Shown: positions 42,690 to 53,700 of the stretch, in pieces
Layout of the letters: every line of letters starts with the position of its first letter
Numbering within the stretch: the first letter of the stretch is position 1
Source of the DNA: an uncultured Gemmataceae bacterium
Lineage (GTDB): Bacteria > Planctomycetota > Planctomycetia > Gemmatales > Gemmataceae
Assembly: GCA_963750165.1 (NCBI GenBank)
Contig: CAVVPN010000004.1
Span: forward strand, 960,001 to 1,024,000
Direction: 5' to 3'
Length of the DNA: 64,000 bases
The notes under the pieces: model-generated
What the model was told of the DNA's origin: nothing
Databases searched by the model: none
What the model saw: only the letters and a program-made list of their open reading frames with translations
Position numbers and translations under genes: made by a program

Positions 42690-43904
42690 GCACGCCCAGA
42701 CCGTTTCCCGCCCGCTCGCCATCGACTGGCCCCGCCTGTGGCCGCGCGTGGTGATGGGCTTGTGGGTCATCGTGGTGGTCGTGTGCTGTCTGCGTGCCAG
42801 CCTGTCTTCACGGCAGCGCAGCGTCTACCCCATCTTCGCCGCCGCCGCCCAGCACTGGCTCGCTGGCGCCGAGGTGTACGTCACCGGCGACGCACCCTAC
42901 CGCTACAGCCCGCTGGTGACGGTGCTGCTGACGCCCTTCGGCCTGCTGCCTTATCCGCCCGGCGTCGTCCTCTGGCAGCTGCTCAACGTGGCGGTGCTAC
43001 TCGCCGGGCTGACGGCGTGGTGCCGACATGTGCTGCCGCGCGACCTGGGCGCTGCCGCACGGCGATGTTCTTCGTGCTGATGCTGCCGGAGGTGGCCGCC
43101 AACGTCAACAACGGGCAGAGCAACTGTCTGCTACTGGGCCTGATGCTGCTGGCGGTGGCGGCGGTGGTGCGGCGCGACTGGACGCCCGCGGCGCTCTTCC
43201 TGGCGCTGGCGACGCTGGTCAAGATCTACCCACTGGCCCTGGCGCTGGTGCTGATCGGCCTGGCGCCGCCGCGGTTCGGCTGGCGCTACCTCGTTCTGGT
43301 GGCGCTGGGCCTGGCACTGCCGCTCTGCTGCCAGGATCCGCTGTACGCGCAGTCGCAGTACGGCAGCTGGTTCGAGCATTTGCGCTCGGACGAGCGCTCG
43401 GAGCGATCCATTGAGGTGATGTATCGCGACGTGCGGTTACTGTGCCGGGCCGTGGGCCTGGAGGTGTCGCCACCGGCGTATCTGCTGCTGCAGACGCTCA
43501 GCGGCACGGCGCTGTTCGGACTGGGTCTGCTGGTGCGGCGCGACTGGGACCGGCCACGGCTGTATCGCTGGCTGTTCGGCCTGGTGTGCTGCTGGATGAC
43601 GGTGTGCGGCACCGCCACCGAGTCGTGTACCTACTTGCTGGCGGCGCCGGCGCTGGCCTGGGGCCTGGTGGAGCCACGCCGCGGTCGGTCGGGCTGGCTG
43701 GCGGCGGGCCTGATGACCGGTAGTGCCGTGCTGTTGCTGGCGTGCCAGGTGTCCGCCTGGTGGCCGGGCGGCAACCGCTTCCATGCACTGGGGCCGCACC
43801 CCCTGGCCGGTGTGCTGCTGACGGCGGGGCTGCTGTTGCCGGAACTACCCGCATTGTTCAGACGGGGCGAGCTGACGCCGCGCCGCTCGCACCTTGTCTC
43901 CTGA
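42679..43904 (+). CDS. GT87/DUF2029 membrane glycosyltransferase; frameshift near 43050
   Basis: SVYPIF, YRYSPL / NNGQSN, VKIYP, GTATESCTY. Confidence 0.75.
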
Positions 43905-44053
43905 ATTGCGCCGACTGCCTTTTTCCCTCAAGTCCGCCGCCTTCCCGCGTCGATGGGGGAGAGGGATGACCCCTCTTCACCGAGGGCGTGAATGCGTGGC
44001 CGCATTCCTCCGCACCCTTGAACGACCGCTGTGCCCCTTGACCGGAATGACCC

Positions 44054-45417
44054 ATGCGCAGGTGCTCCCTCGTGCTGTCCATACTGGGCCTGCTCGCCCT
44101 GGGGGCGCCGGATCGGCCCGCGCAGGCGCAGACCCCCGGCTCGGAACTCGTCTACTCCAAACTACGTCAGTTTGTAATCCCCTTCACGATCGGACCCGGC
44201 AAGGACCGCCTCAAGGAACTGCGGCTCTTCGTGTCTACCGATCAGGGCAAGAGCTGGCAGTACGCCGCCGCCGCCGGGCCGGAGCAGGGCAGGTTCCAGT
44301 ACATCTCCGACCGTGACGGCCAGCTCTGGTTCGTCGTGCAGACCATCGACAAGGACAACCGCCCTTACCCGGCCACCATGGACGGCATCTTGCCGCACCA
44401 GCGCGTCATCGTCGATACGCAGCCGCCGGTGGTCACGTTGAAGCAACTGCCGCCGCGGGACGGTCTGGTCGGCGTCACCTGGACCATCCAGGACGCCAAC
44501 TATGACCCCGGTGCGCCGGACACGTTCCGCCTGGAGTTCCATCCCGTGGGCGGCATCGGCTGGACGCCGATTGTGCCGCGCGGCCTGGGCAACCAGGTGT
44601 ACTGGAACCCCGATACGACCAGCCCCATTGAGGTGCGGCTGCGCGCCGCGACCGCGCCGGCAACGAGGGCAGCAGCACGCTCAAGATCACGCCCGGCGAG
44701 AATAACCCCGGTAACTTCCAGGGCAGCCCGATGGAGAAGGATCCCGGCCCCCCACCGGTCGCGAGCCACCCGAAGGAGCGCCGGCTGCTGAACAGCACCA
44801 CCATCAACCTCAATTTTGAGATCAAGGACAAGGGCCCGTCCGGGATTTCGTCCATCGAATTGTGGTTCACACAGGACGGCCGCAGCTGGAACAAGTATCC
44901 GCTGCCGCCGCCGCAGGACGGCAGTGAAATCAAGTCGCCGTTGACGTTCAAGGTCAGCAACGAGGGCCTGTACGGCTTCACGCTGGTGGCCAAGAGCGGT
45001 GTCGGCCTGGGCGAACGGCCGCCGCAGGTCGGCGACAAGCCGCAGGTCTGGGTCGAGGTCGATCTGACCAAACCGGTGGTCGCGATCCAGAATTTCATCG
45101 TCGGCCAGGGCAAGGACCAGGGCAAGCTGTTCATCCAGTGGCGGGCAACCGACAAGAACCTGGGGGCCGCGCCGATCACGCTGTTCTACGCGGAAAAACT
45201 GGATGGGCTGTGGCAGCCGATCACCGAGAAGAAGCTGCCCAACACCGGCCAGTATGTCTGGCAGATGCCGGAAGGCTTGCCGTACCAGTTCTACCTCAAG
45301 GTCGAGGCGGTGGACCGGGCCGGCAACGTCGGCACGGCGGTGACGCCGAACCTGGTGCGCGTGGACCTGAAGTTACCGAAGGTCAACATCAAGTCCGTGG
45401 AGCCGGGGGGGCGCTAA
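44054..45417 (+). CDS. Secreted hypothetical protein with two related beta-rich repeats; frameshift near 44650
   Basis: LFVSTDQGKSW..VIVDTQPP and LWFTQDGRSW..VEVDLTKP; AVDRAGN. Confidence 0.65.
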
Positions 45418-45651
45418 TCCTTGACTCCCCTCGCCCGCTTCAGCCGCCACTCAATTGCTGCCTTTGGTCTACGCCGCGGTAGAATGGACCAGGGTTGGCA
45501 TGATGGAGGCCGCCAAGGATGAGTTGTTCGGGACGACGATCCTTTAACCCCTCACCCCGATCCCGCTCCCCCTGAAAGGGCGAGGAGAGTCAACTCCCCG
45601 ACGCCAGACGTCCCGTTGTCTCTGCGCGCCGCCGCCCGATACAATGCGGAC

Positions 45652-46494
45652 ATGACACACGGCCCCAACGACCTGCTCCGCATCCATGATCTGCCCGCCC
45701 TCGAACGCGCCACCCTGGTCCTGGCCTTCAGCGGCTGGATGGACGGCGGCGACGTTTCGACCGGCACCGTCCGCCGCCTCGTCGATCTGCTCGGCGCCCA
45801 GCGCATCGCCGACATCGATCCCGAGCCGTTCTACCTGCTCAACTTCCCTGGCTCGATGGAGATCGCCGCCCTGTTTCGACCCGAGATCAAGATCGAGGAC
45901 GGCCTGATCGCCTCGTTCGAGATGCCGGAGAACGTCTTCTACTGCCACGCCGCAGCGAACCTGGTGCTGTTCCTCGGCCGCGAGCCGAATCTGCACTGGC
46001 GCGCCTTCGGCGACTGTGTGCTGGAGCTGGCGCGGCGGGCGAACGTGCGGCGCGTGCTGTTCGTCGGCTCCTTCGGCGGCCCGCTGCCGCACACGCGCGA
46101 ACCGCGCCTGCACGTCACCTGCTCCGACGCCGCGCTGTTGCCCGAAATGGCGCAGTACGGCCTGCGCCGCACCGGCTACGAGGGCCCTGGCTCGTTCTCC
46201 AGCTACCTGATGACGCGGGCGCCGGCGGCCGGCCTGGAGATGGCGTCGCTGGCCGCGGAAATTCCCGGTTATTTGCAGGGCCGCAACCCCGTGTGCATCG
46301 AGGCCGTCACGCGCCGCCTGGCCAAAATCCTCAAGCTGCCGCTGGAACTGGGCGAGTTGCGGGCCGAGAGCACCGAATGGGAAATCCAGGTGTCGAAGGC
46401 GGTGGAGGAGAACGCGGAGATGGCCAGGACGGTGCGCCGTCTGGAAGAGGACTACGACGAGGAACTGATCCAGATGGAAGAGGAAGACGGGTGA
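45652..46494 (+). CDS. PAC2-family (proteasome assembly chaperone-like) protein
   Basis: AFSGWMDGG, IDPEPFY, GREPNLHW, PHTR, YEGP, LEEDYD. Confidence 0.8.
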   Translation: MTHGPNDLLRIHDLPALERATLVLAFSGWMDGGDVSTGTVRRLVDLLGAQRIADIDPEPFYLLNFPGSMEIAALFRPEIKIEDGLIASFEMPENVFYCHAAANLVLFLGREPNLHWRAFGDCVLELARRANVRRVLFVGSFGGPLPHTREPRLHVTCSDAALLPEMAQYGLRRTGYEGPGSFSSYLMTRAPAAGLEMASLAAEIPGYLQGRNPVCIEAVTRRLAKILKLPLELGELRAESTEWEIQVSKAVEENAEMARTVRRLEEDYDEELIQMEEEDG

Positions 46495-46604
46495 AAGCGG
46501 CGTTCCGTTTATTTGAAGAAAATCCGGCTCCTCCCCGCGTCTGCGGGAACTATACCGACAGAGAGCCAGTTCCACCTGACAGCTACCGCGTGAGGCCAGG
46601 GGCC

Positions 46605-48557
46605 GTGTCCCGTTCCATCTCGCAATTGATTCGCCGCGTCGTCGCCGACGAGTGCGTGCGACAACTGCCCGACCAGGTGCTGCTCCAGCAGTTCCGCGAA
46701 CGACGGGATGAGGCGGCATTCGGGACGCTGCTCCACCGGCACGGGCCGATGGTCCTGGGCGTTTGCCGCAGCGTGCTGCGGAACGAGGCCGACGCGGAAG
46801 ACGCCTTCCAGGCCACATATCTCATCCTCGCCCGCAAGGCGGCGTCCATTCGCAAGACGGCATCGCTGGGCAGCTGGCTGCACGGCGTCGCCCACCGCAC
46901 GGCTCTCAAGGCGCGGGCCAGGTCGGCCACGCGGGAACAACACGAGGCCCAGGCGCCGGGGCGGCCCGCGTCCCTCCCGGACGACCTGGCCTGGCGGGAA
47001 GTCCAGCAGGCCCTGCATGAGGAACTGAACGCCATCGCCGAGCAGTATCGCGATCCCCTGGTGGCGTGTTACCTTGAGGGCAAAACCCAGGACGAGGCCG
47101 CGACGCAGCTCGGGGTGGCGAAGTCCACGTTGAAAGACCGGCTGGAGCGCGGCCGGTCGCTGCTGCGGACGCGGCTGGTGCGGCGCGGCCTGGGGCCATC
47201 GGCGCTCCTGGCCGCCGCGGTCCTGCCCGCGGCCGCCACCGCCGTGCCCGCGCCGCTGGCATCGAGCACGCTCAACGCCGCCCAGCTGTTTGCGCGTGGG
47301 CAGGTGGCAACAACGGTCGCCTCGGCAAAGGTCGCGGCCTTGACGGAAGGAGTGCTGAAGACGATGTTGCTGACCAAACTGAAGTTCGCCACCGTGGTGC
47401 TGGTCGGGCTGGCGCTCCTGGCGGGCGGGGCCAGCCTGGCGTTGCTCGCCGCGCCCGCCAGCGAACCGCCGACCGCGGTCATCCCGAGTCGCCCGCCAGA
47501 CCCGCAACCGGAGCAGGACAAACCTGCTCCCGCGCGGACACTGCACCTGCCCGACAAGCCGTATCACTATGCCGGCCTCGACTTGCCCGCCCACTTCCAG
47601 AACGAGTTCGTGCGGCGCTTCGATAACACGCCGGACAACAACCCCGTGACCGATCACGGAGCGACGCTCGGCCGGGTGCTCTTTTATGACAGGCGCCTGT
47701 CAGCGAACCACACGGTTTCCTGCGGCTCCTGTCACGTGCAGAAAAACGCCTTCGTCGATCCGAACCGCTTCAGCAAGGGGTTTGAAGGCAAATTGACCGA
47801 CCGTCATGCGATGAGCCTGGTCAACCTCCGTTACGTCCCGCGCGGCCGGTTCTTCTGGGATGAGCGGGCCGGGAGCCTGGAAGAAGCCGTGCTGTTGCCG
47901 ATCCAGAACAAGGTGGAGATGGGGCAGGATTTGACCCGGTTAGTCGAGGTGCTTGGCAAGGACGCCAAGTACGCCGAACTGTTCGGCAAGGCGTTCGGTG
48001 ACGGCAAGGTCACCCAGGAGCGGATCGGCAAGGCCCTGGCGCAGTTCGTGCGCTCGATGGTCTCGTACCGGTCGAAGTTCGACGAGGGGTTGGCGAAGGT
48101 GACCTCTGCGCGCGACGACTTCCCCAACTTCACCGTTCAGGAGAACCGGGGCAAGGCGCTCTTCATGAGCAACTGCGCCATTTGCCATCTGCCGGGCCCG
48201 GACGTGAACTTCTTGATGATTGGTCCCGCGAACAACGGGCTGGATGCGGACCACAAGAACACCGATGGCGGCGTTGGTGACATCACCCTCAACGGCCGCG
48301 ACATCGGCCGGTTCAAGTCGCCGTCCCTGCGGAACGTCGAGCACACTGCCCCCTACATGCACGACGGACGGTTCGCCACCCTCGACAAGGTGATCGACCA
48401 CTACGGCAAGGGGGTCCAACCCCACCCCAACCTCGATCCGCGGATGCGCCGGCTGAATTTCACGGATTCCGAGAAGGCCGCGCTCATCACCTTCCTGCGG
48501 ACGCTGACCGACCACAGGTTCCTCACCGATCCGAAGCTCTCGGACCCGTGGCGCTAA
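46605..48557 (+). CDS. ECF sigma factor fused via a TM segment to a di-haem cytochrome c peroxidase/MauG-like domain
   Basis: RHGPMV..DAEDAFQAT..WLHGVA, CYLEGKT..RLERGR; KLKFATVVLV TM; LGRVLFYD..CGSCH, FFWDER, CAICH, FKSPSLRNV..PYMHDG. Confidence 0.85.
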   Translation: MSRSISQLIRRVVADECVRQLPDQVLLQQFRERRDEAAFGTLLHRHGPMVLGVCRSVLRNEADAEDAFQATYLILARKAASIRKTASLGSWLHGVAHRTALKARARSATREQHEAQAPGRPASLPDDLAWREVQQALHEELNAIAEQYRDPLVACYLEGKTQDEAATQLGVAKSTLKDRLERGRSLLRTRLVRRGLGPSALLAAAVLPAAATAVPAPLASSTLNAAQLFARGQVATTVASAKVAALTEGVLKTMLLTKLKFATVVLVGLALLAGGASLALLAAPASEPPTAVIPSRPPDPQPEQDKPAPARTLHLPDKPYHYAGLDLPAHFQNEFVRRFDNTPDNNPVTDHGATLGRVLFYDRRLSANHTVSCGSCHVQKNAFVDPNRFSKGFEGKLTDRHAMSLVNLRYVPRGRFFWDERAGSLEEAVLLPIQNKVEMGQDLTRLVEVLGKDAKYAELFGKAFGDGKVTQERIGKALAQFVRSMVSYRSKFDEGLAKVTSARDDFPNFTVQENRGKALFMSNCAICHLPGPDVNFLMIGPANNGLDADHKNTDGGVGDITLNGRDIGRFKSPSLRNVEHTAPYMHDGRFATLDKVIDHYGKGVQPHPNLDPRMRRLNFTDSEKAALITFLRTLTDHRFLTDPKLSDPWR

Positions 48558-48590
48558 ACACGTTCTCTCTTACTGCAAAGGAAAACACTC

Positions 48591-49271
48591 ATGCACAGCT
48601 TCATCAAACGGTGGCTCGCGCCGGCCCTGTTCGCGGGGTTCGTCCTTGCCGGCCCGAGCCTGGCGCAGCCGCCCGGCCAGAAGAAAGGATTCTCGCAGGG
48701 GCCTGCGCAACCGGCCCGCATCAGTGTGGAAGATGTCATCGAGCGGATCATGGCGTTCGACAAGAACAAGGACGGCAAGGTCACCCGGGACGAGTTGCCC
48801 GAACGGATGCACCACCTGATCAAGCTGGGCGACACCAACAAGGACGGCGCCCTCGACCGGAGCGAGATCAGGACGTTGGCGACCAAACTGGCGGCCGCTC
48901 CCGAAGGGTTTGGCGGCGGCCCTGTCCGGATCGGGGTTGGTCCCGGTCCCGGATCTGGTGCTCGCGGCGGGTTCGCCGTCAGCGGCGCGATCCGGTTCGG
49001 TCCTGATGCCGTCGAGGGGGTCGTGGACGATCTGAAGCTTTCGGGCAAGAAAAAGGACCAGGCGCTGGCAGCGGTCAAGGCACACCAGGAGCACGTCCGC
49101 AAGCTGATGGACCAGGCCCGTGCGGACTTGCTGCAGAAGATGAAGGGCATCCTGAGCGCGGAGGAATTCAAGGATTTCGCGGCGGCCCTGGATCGTCCCC
49201 GCGGTGTGACTGCGTTCGGCGTGGGGCCCCGCGTGGAAGTGAAAAAGAAGCGCGATCAACCGCGGAAGTAA
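48591..49271 (+). CDS. Secreted EF-hand protein
   Basis: Signal peptide; DKNKDGKVTRDE and DTNKDGALDRSE. Confidence 0.8.
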   Translation: MHSFIKRWLAPALFAGFVLAGPSLAQPPGQKKGFSQGPAQPARISVEDVIERIMAFDKNKDGKVTRDELPERMHHLIKLGDTNKDGALDRSEIRTLATKLAAAPEGFGGGPVRIGVGPGPGSGARGGFAVSGAIRFGPDAVEGVVDDLKLSGKKKDQALAAVKAHQEHVRKLMDQARADLLQKMKGILSAEEFKDFAAALDRPRGVTAFGVGPRVEVKKKRDQPRK

Positions 49272-49302
49272 CCGGCATCGCTGCCGCGGGCGGCTTGTGC
49301 GG

Positions 49303-49375
49303 AATCGCCCTGGCCATTCGTGGTGGGTCGGAGCCCGAGCGCCAGCGCGGGCTCCGACCAGAGACAAGAACGATC
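49303..49375. repeat. Family F unit, internally deleted, inverted relative to 39421
   Basis: ggtcggagcccgagcgccagcgcgggctccgacc with shared flanks. Confidence 0.7.
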
Positions 49376-49423
49376 AAGGCGACTCGGTAGCTGCGGCTTG
49401 TCGCAGAGGGATGGCCGGATTGC

Positions 49424-50590
49424 TTACTCCAACGGCTCTTCGCGCCCGGTCGTCAGCCGGTGGATGATCCCCGCAACCGCCCCGAGCCGCTTGCTGCCCT
49501 GCGCCCGCACGATCGCGCAGTCCGCCAGCGCCGGCGCCAGCGCCCGCTGCCGCGTCAGCTCCAGCAGCCGGGCGAACGCCTCCGGGACCGCGTCCAGGCA
49601 GCGGCCGTACAGAAATAGCTTGCTCGGGTTGAAAACGTTGATGACTGCCGCCAGGCCCACCGCCAAATATTGCAGCACCCGCTCCAGCTCCGCCGTCACC
49701 GTCAGCCGGGCCGCCTGCGCCTCGGCGATCAATTCGTCCATGCCGAGTTTGCGGCCCAGCCGCTCCGCCACCGCGGCCAGCAGCGCCGAGTCGGTCGCCA
49801 CCGTTTCCAGACAGCCGCGGTTGCCGCAGCCGCAGCGTTTGCCGTCCAGCTCCACGGTCAGGTGCCCCAGTTCGCCCGCCAACCCGCGGTGCCCCTTCAG
49901 CAAATGACCGCCCTGTACCACGCCCAGGCCCAGGCCCTCGCTCACGTCCAGCATGGCGAAGTCCTTGACGCCTTGAGCGGCGCCGTACATCTGCTCCGCC
50001 AGGCACAACGCCTGCGACTCCTGCAACACCACGGTCTCCAGCCCCAGCCGCTTGCCCAGGTCCGCGCCCAGGCAGCGGCCGTCCGTCTGGTGGACGTTCG
50101 GCGACACGACCGTGCGCTTCTCGCGGTGGTCGAGCAGACCGGGTACACTGAGTCCCAGGCCCAGCACCGGCGTGGCGCTGGCATCCAGGAAGCGCTGCGC
50201 CTGCCGCACGAACGTCCGCACCAGGTCGGCGTAACGCGGCGGCGTCGGAAAGGACCAGGCTTGCTCCGGTAGCACGCGGCCGTCCAGAGCCGCCACCACC
50301 AGTTCGCAGCGCACAGCGCCGACCACGCCGCCCAGCACCGCCGCCGTCGCGGCCAGCCGCAACACCTTGCCCGGCCGGCCCAGCGCCGCCCGCACCGCGT
50401 CGCCCTCCTCCAGCAGACCGCTCGCCATCAGCGACGAGACGGTGCGCGTGACGGTCGGGCCGCTGATGCCTGTGTGCCGTGTCAGTTCGGCGCGCGACAG
50501 CGGGCCGCGGTGCTGGATGGCGGTCAGAATGGCGCGTTCGTTCAGGTGCCGCAACAGCGCCGGCCGGGCACGGGTCCGCAGGGGGGCCAT
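49424..50590 (-). CDS. ROK-family transcriptional regulator
   Basis: LSRAEL..ISGPTV HTH; GELGH..CGCGNRGCLE. Confidence 0.9.
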   Translation of the reverse strand: MAPLRTRARPALLRHLNERAILTAIQHRGPLSRAELTRHTGISGPTVTRTVSSLMASGLLEEGDAVRAALGRPGKVLRLAATAAVLGGVVGAVRCELVVAALDGRVLPEQAWSFPTPPRYADLVRTFVRQAQRFLDASATPVLGLGLSVPGLLDHREKRTVVSPNVHQTDGRCLGADLGKRLGLETVVLQESQALCLAEQMYGAAQGVKDFAMLDVSEGLGLGVVQGGHLLKGHRGLAGELGHLTVELDGKRCGCGNRGCLETVATDSALLAAVAERLGRKLGMDELIAEAQAARLTVTAELERVLQYLAVGLAAVINVFNPSKLFLYGRCLDAVPEAFARLLELTRQRALAPALADCAIVRAQGSKRLGAVAGIIHRLTTGREEPLE

Positions 50591-50639
50591 AAGGTTCCTC
50601 ACGGGGCGAAGGAAAAACACTCGTCCCCCGATTTTATCA

Positions 50640-50688
50640 TTGACACGCGACCCGTCCAGCTTTACTTATTTAATAACTGAAAAGAATT
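50640..50688 (+). promoter_or_regulatory. Promoter and putative ROK operator
   Basis: TTGACA at 50640 followed by AT-rich acttatttaataactgaaaagaat between divergent genes. Confidence 0.45.
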
Positions 50689-50719
50689 CCCCCGGTCGCC
50701 CCCAGGAGATGGAATCGCC

Positions 50720-53700
50720 ATGACGTGCTGGCACCGGCCCGCGGGCCTCCTCGCCGCTCTGATCCTCGCCGCCCTTGTCAACAGCCTGGCGGCCCAGGCG
50801 CCACAGGCGCCGCAGCCGCAGCAACCGGGCAAGTTGAAAGTCCTGCTCCTCGGCGACACCGGCCACCACCGGCCCGCGGTGTTCGCCAAAATCCTGACGG
50901 CGGCGCTGGCGAAGCAGGGCATCGACATCGATTACACCGCCGACGTGGCCGACCTGACGCGCGCCCGGCTGGCGAAGTACGACGCCCTGGCGATCTTCCG
51001 CGACAGCGGCAATTTGCCCGCCACCAACGAGGCAGCGCTGCTGGAGTTCATCGAAGGCGGCAAAGGGCTGGTGGCGATCCACTGCGCCTCGCACTGCTTC
51101 CGCAACAGCGACCGCTACACGGCCCTGGTCGGCGGCCGTTTCAAGTCGCACAAAACGGGCGTTTTTCGCACGCGCATCCTCGACGCCCAGCATCCGGCCA
51201 TGCTGGGCGTGAAGACCTTCGAGAGCTGGGACGAGACGTACCTTCACGATCAGGTGGCGAAGGACATCCGCGTGCTGATGGTGCGTGAGGAACTGGGCGG
51301 CTACGAGCCCTACACCTGGGTGCGCGACCAGGGCAAGGGCCGCGTGTTTTACACGGCGCTGGGCCACGACGAACGCACCTGGAAGGTGCCCGGTTTCCAG
51401 GCGCTGCTCGCCCGGGGGCTGCGCTGGGCAGCCGGCCACGCCATGCAAAAGAAAGACCTCAAGCCGTTCGAGTACGTCGAGGCCAAAATCCCCATTTACC
51501 GGCCGAAGAAGGGCGCGAAGTCCGAAAAGCTGCTCATGCAACTGCCGCTGGAGCCGGCCGAGTCGATGAAGCACTTCCATCTGCCCGAGGGCTTCGAGAT
51601 TCAGCTGTACGCCGCTGAGCCGGACATCGCCCGGCCGATTGCGATGGCCTGGGATGAAAAAGGTCGATTGTGGATCGCGGAAAGCGTCGATTACCCCAAC
51701 GAGCGCAAGCCGGCCGGCGCCGGCCGCGACCGCATCAAGATTTGCGAGGACACGAAGGGCACCGGCCGCGCCGACAAGTTCACCGTCTTCGCGGACAAGC
51801 TCAGCATCCCCACAAGTCTGGTGTTCGCCGAGGGTGGAGTCATCGTCACGCAGGCGCCGCACACGCTGTTCCTGAAGTCCACGAAGGGGGACGACAAGGC
51901 GGACGAGCGCAAGATTTTGTTCAGCGGCTGGGGCACCTACGACACGCACGCCGGGCCGAGCAATCTGCGCCGCGGCCTGGACAACTGGATCTGGGGGACG
52001 GTCGGCTACTCCGGCTTCAACGGCACCATCGGCGGCCGCAGGTACAACTTCAAGCAGGGCGTCTACCGCTTCAAGCCGGACGGCTCGGCGTTCGAGTTCC
52101 TGACCTCGACCACGAACAACACCTGGGGCCTGGGCCTGGCCGAGACGGGCGAGGTATTCGCGTCCACGGCCAACGGCATGCACAGCGTTCACCTGGGGCT
52201 GCCCAATCGCGTCTTCGAGGGCGTGGGCGGCTGGTTCGGCAAGGGCAGCGGCCCCATCGCGGATCACCGGCGCATCCACCCGGTCACGGACAAGGTGCGG
52301 CAGGTGGATTTCCACGGCGGCTTCACCGCCGCGGCCGGCCACGCCGTCTACACTGCCCGCAGTTTCCCGCGCGACTTCTGGGACCGCGCCGCCTTTGTGT
52401 GCGAGCCGACCGGCCATCTCGTCCATGTCAACCGTCTGGTGCCGCAGGGCAGCGGTTGGGTGGCGCGCGACGGCTACAGCATTCTGGCCAGCGATGATGA
52501 GTGGACCGCGCCGATCATGGCCGAGATCGGGCCGGACGGGGCGCTGTGGGTGATCGACTGGTACAACTACATCGTCCAGCACAACCCGACGCCGCCCGGC
52601 TTCAAGACCGGCAAGGGCAACGCCTACGACACGCCCCTGCGCGACAAGACGCACGGCCGCATTTACCGCATCGTCTACACCGGCGCCGGGGCGAAGAAGT
52701 CCACGCAGCCAAAGCTGGACGCCGCGGACCCCAGGGGACTGATCGACGCATTGGCACATGAGAATCTGTTCTGGCGCCAGACCGCCCAGCGGCTGCTCGT
52801 CGAACGCGGCAAGGACGACGTGCTGCCAGCGCTGGCGAAGCTGGTACGGGACGAGCGCAAGGACGCCGGGGCCACGCACGCGCTGTGGGCCATGCACGGC
52901 CTGCGGGCGTTCCAGGACGCCAAAAAAAGTCCGTGGGTGGCGGTGGCGCACGCCGCGCTGAAGCACCCGGAACCGGCGGCGCGGCGGGCGGCGCTCGGCG
53001 TGCTGCCGCGGCATCCCGATTCCGTGGTCGCCATTGCGAACGCGAACATTTTGCAGGACAGTCAGGCGGGCGTGCGGCGTGAGGCGCTGATCGCGCTGAG
53101 CGAGATGCCCGAGTCGAAGGCAGCGGCGCCGGCGCTGGCGGCGCTGCTGCTGGAGTCGCGCAATGCCAACGACCGCTGGATTCCGCAGGCCGCCACCGCC
53201 GCCGCCGCCCGCAGCCCGCTGGCGTTCCTGCAGGCAGCGGCCGCGACCAAGAAATCTGCAACTGGCGACGCCGCACTGGTGGAAGCGGTGCGGGTGGTCG
53301 CCGGCCATCTGGCCCGGCAGGCGCCCGCCGATGCCGCTCCGTTGCTGGCGGCGTTGGCCGCGGCGCCGCCGGCCGTGGCCGACGCCATGCTGACCGGCCT
53401 CGCCAACGGCTGGCCCGCCGGCAAAACTGTCAAGCTCGAAACCGACGCCGCCGCGGCGCTGGGCAAGCTGCCGGCCACGCTATCGTCGAACGGCCTGGTG
53501 CGGCTGACCGCGCTGGTCAAGCGCTGGGGCCAGCAGGACAAGTTGACGAACCTGTCGGCCGGGCTCAAGGGCGGCCTGCTGGCGAAGGTGGCCGACGAGA
53601 AACTGGCCGATGACGACCGCGCCGCCGCGGCCTGCGACCTGATCGGCATGGCCGACGACGCCGCCAGCGCCGCGAAAATTCTGGAGCAGATCAACGCCCA

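Noticed and set aside
45500..45600. Short ORF MMEAAKDELFGTTIL and a degenerate cccctcacccc-type palindrome
   Set aside because: Too short and degenerate to support a call
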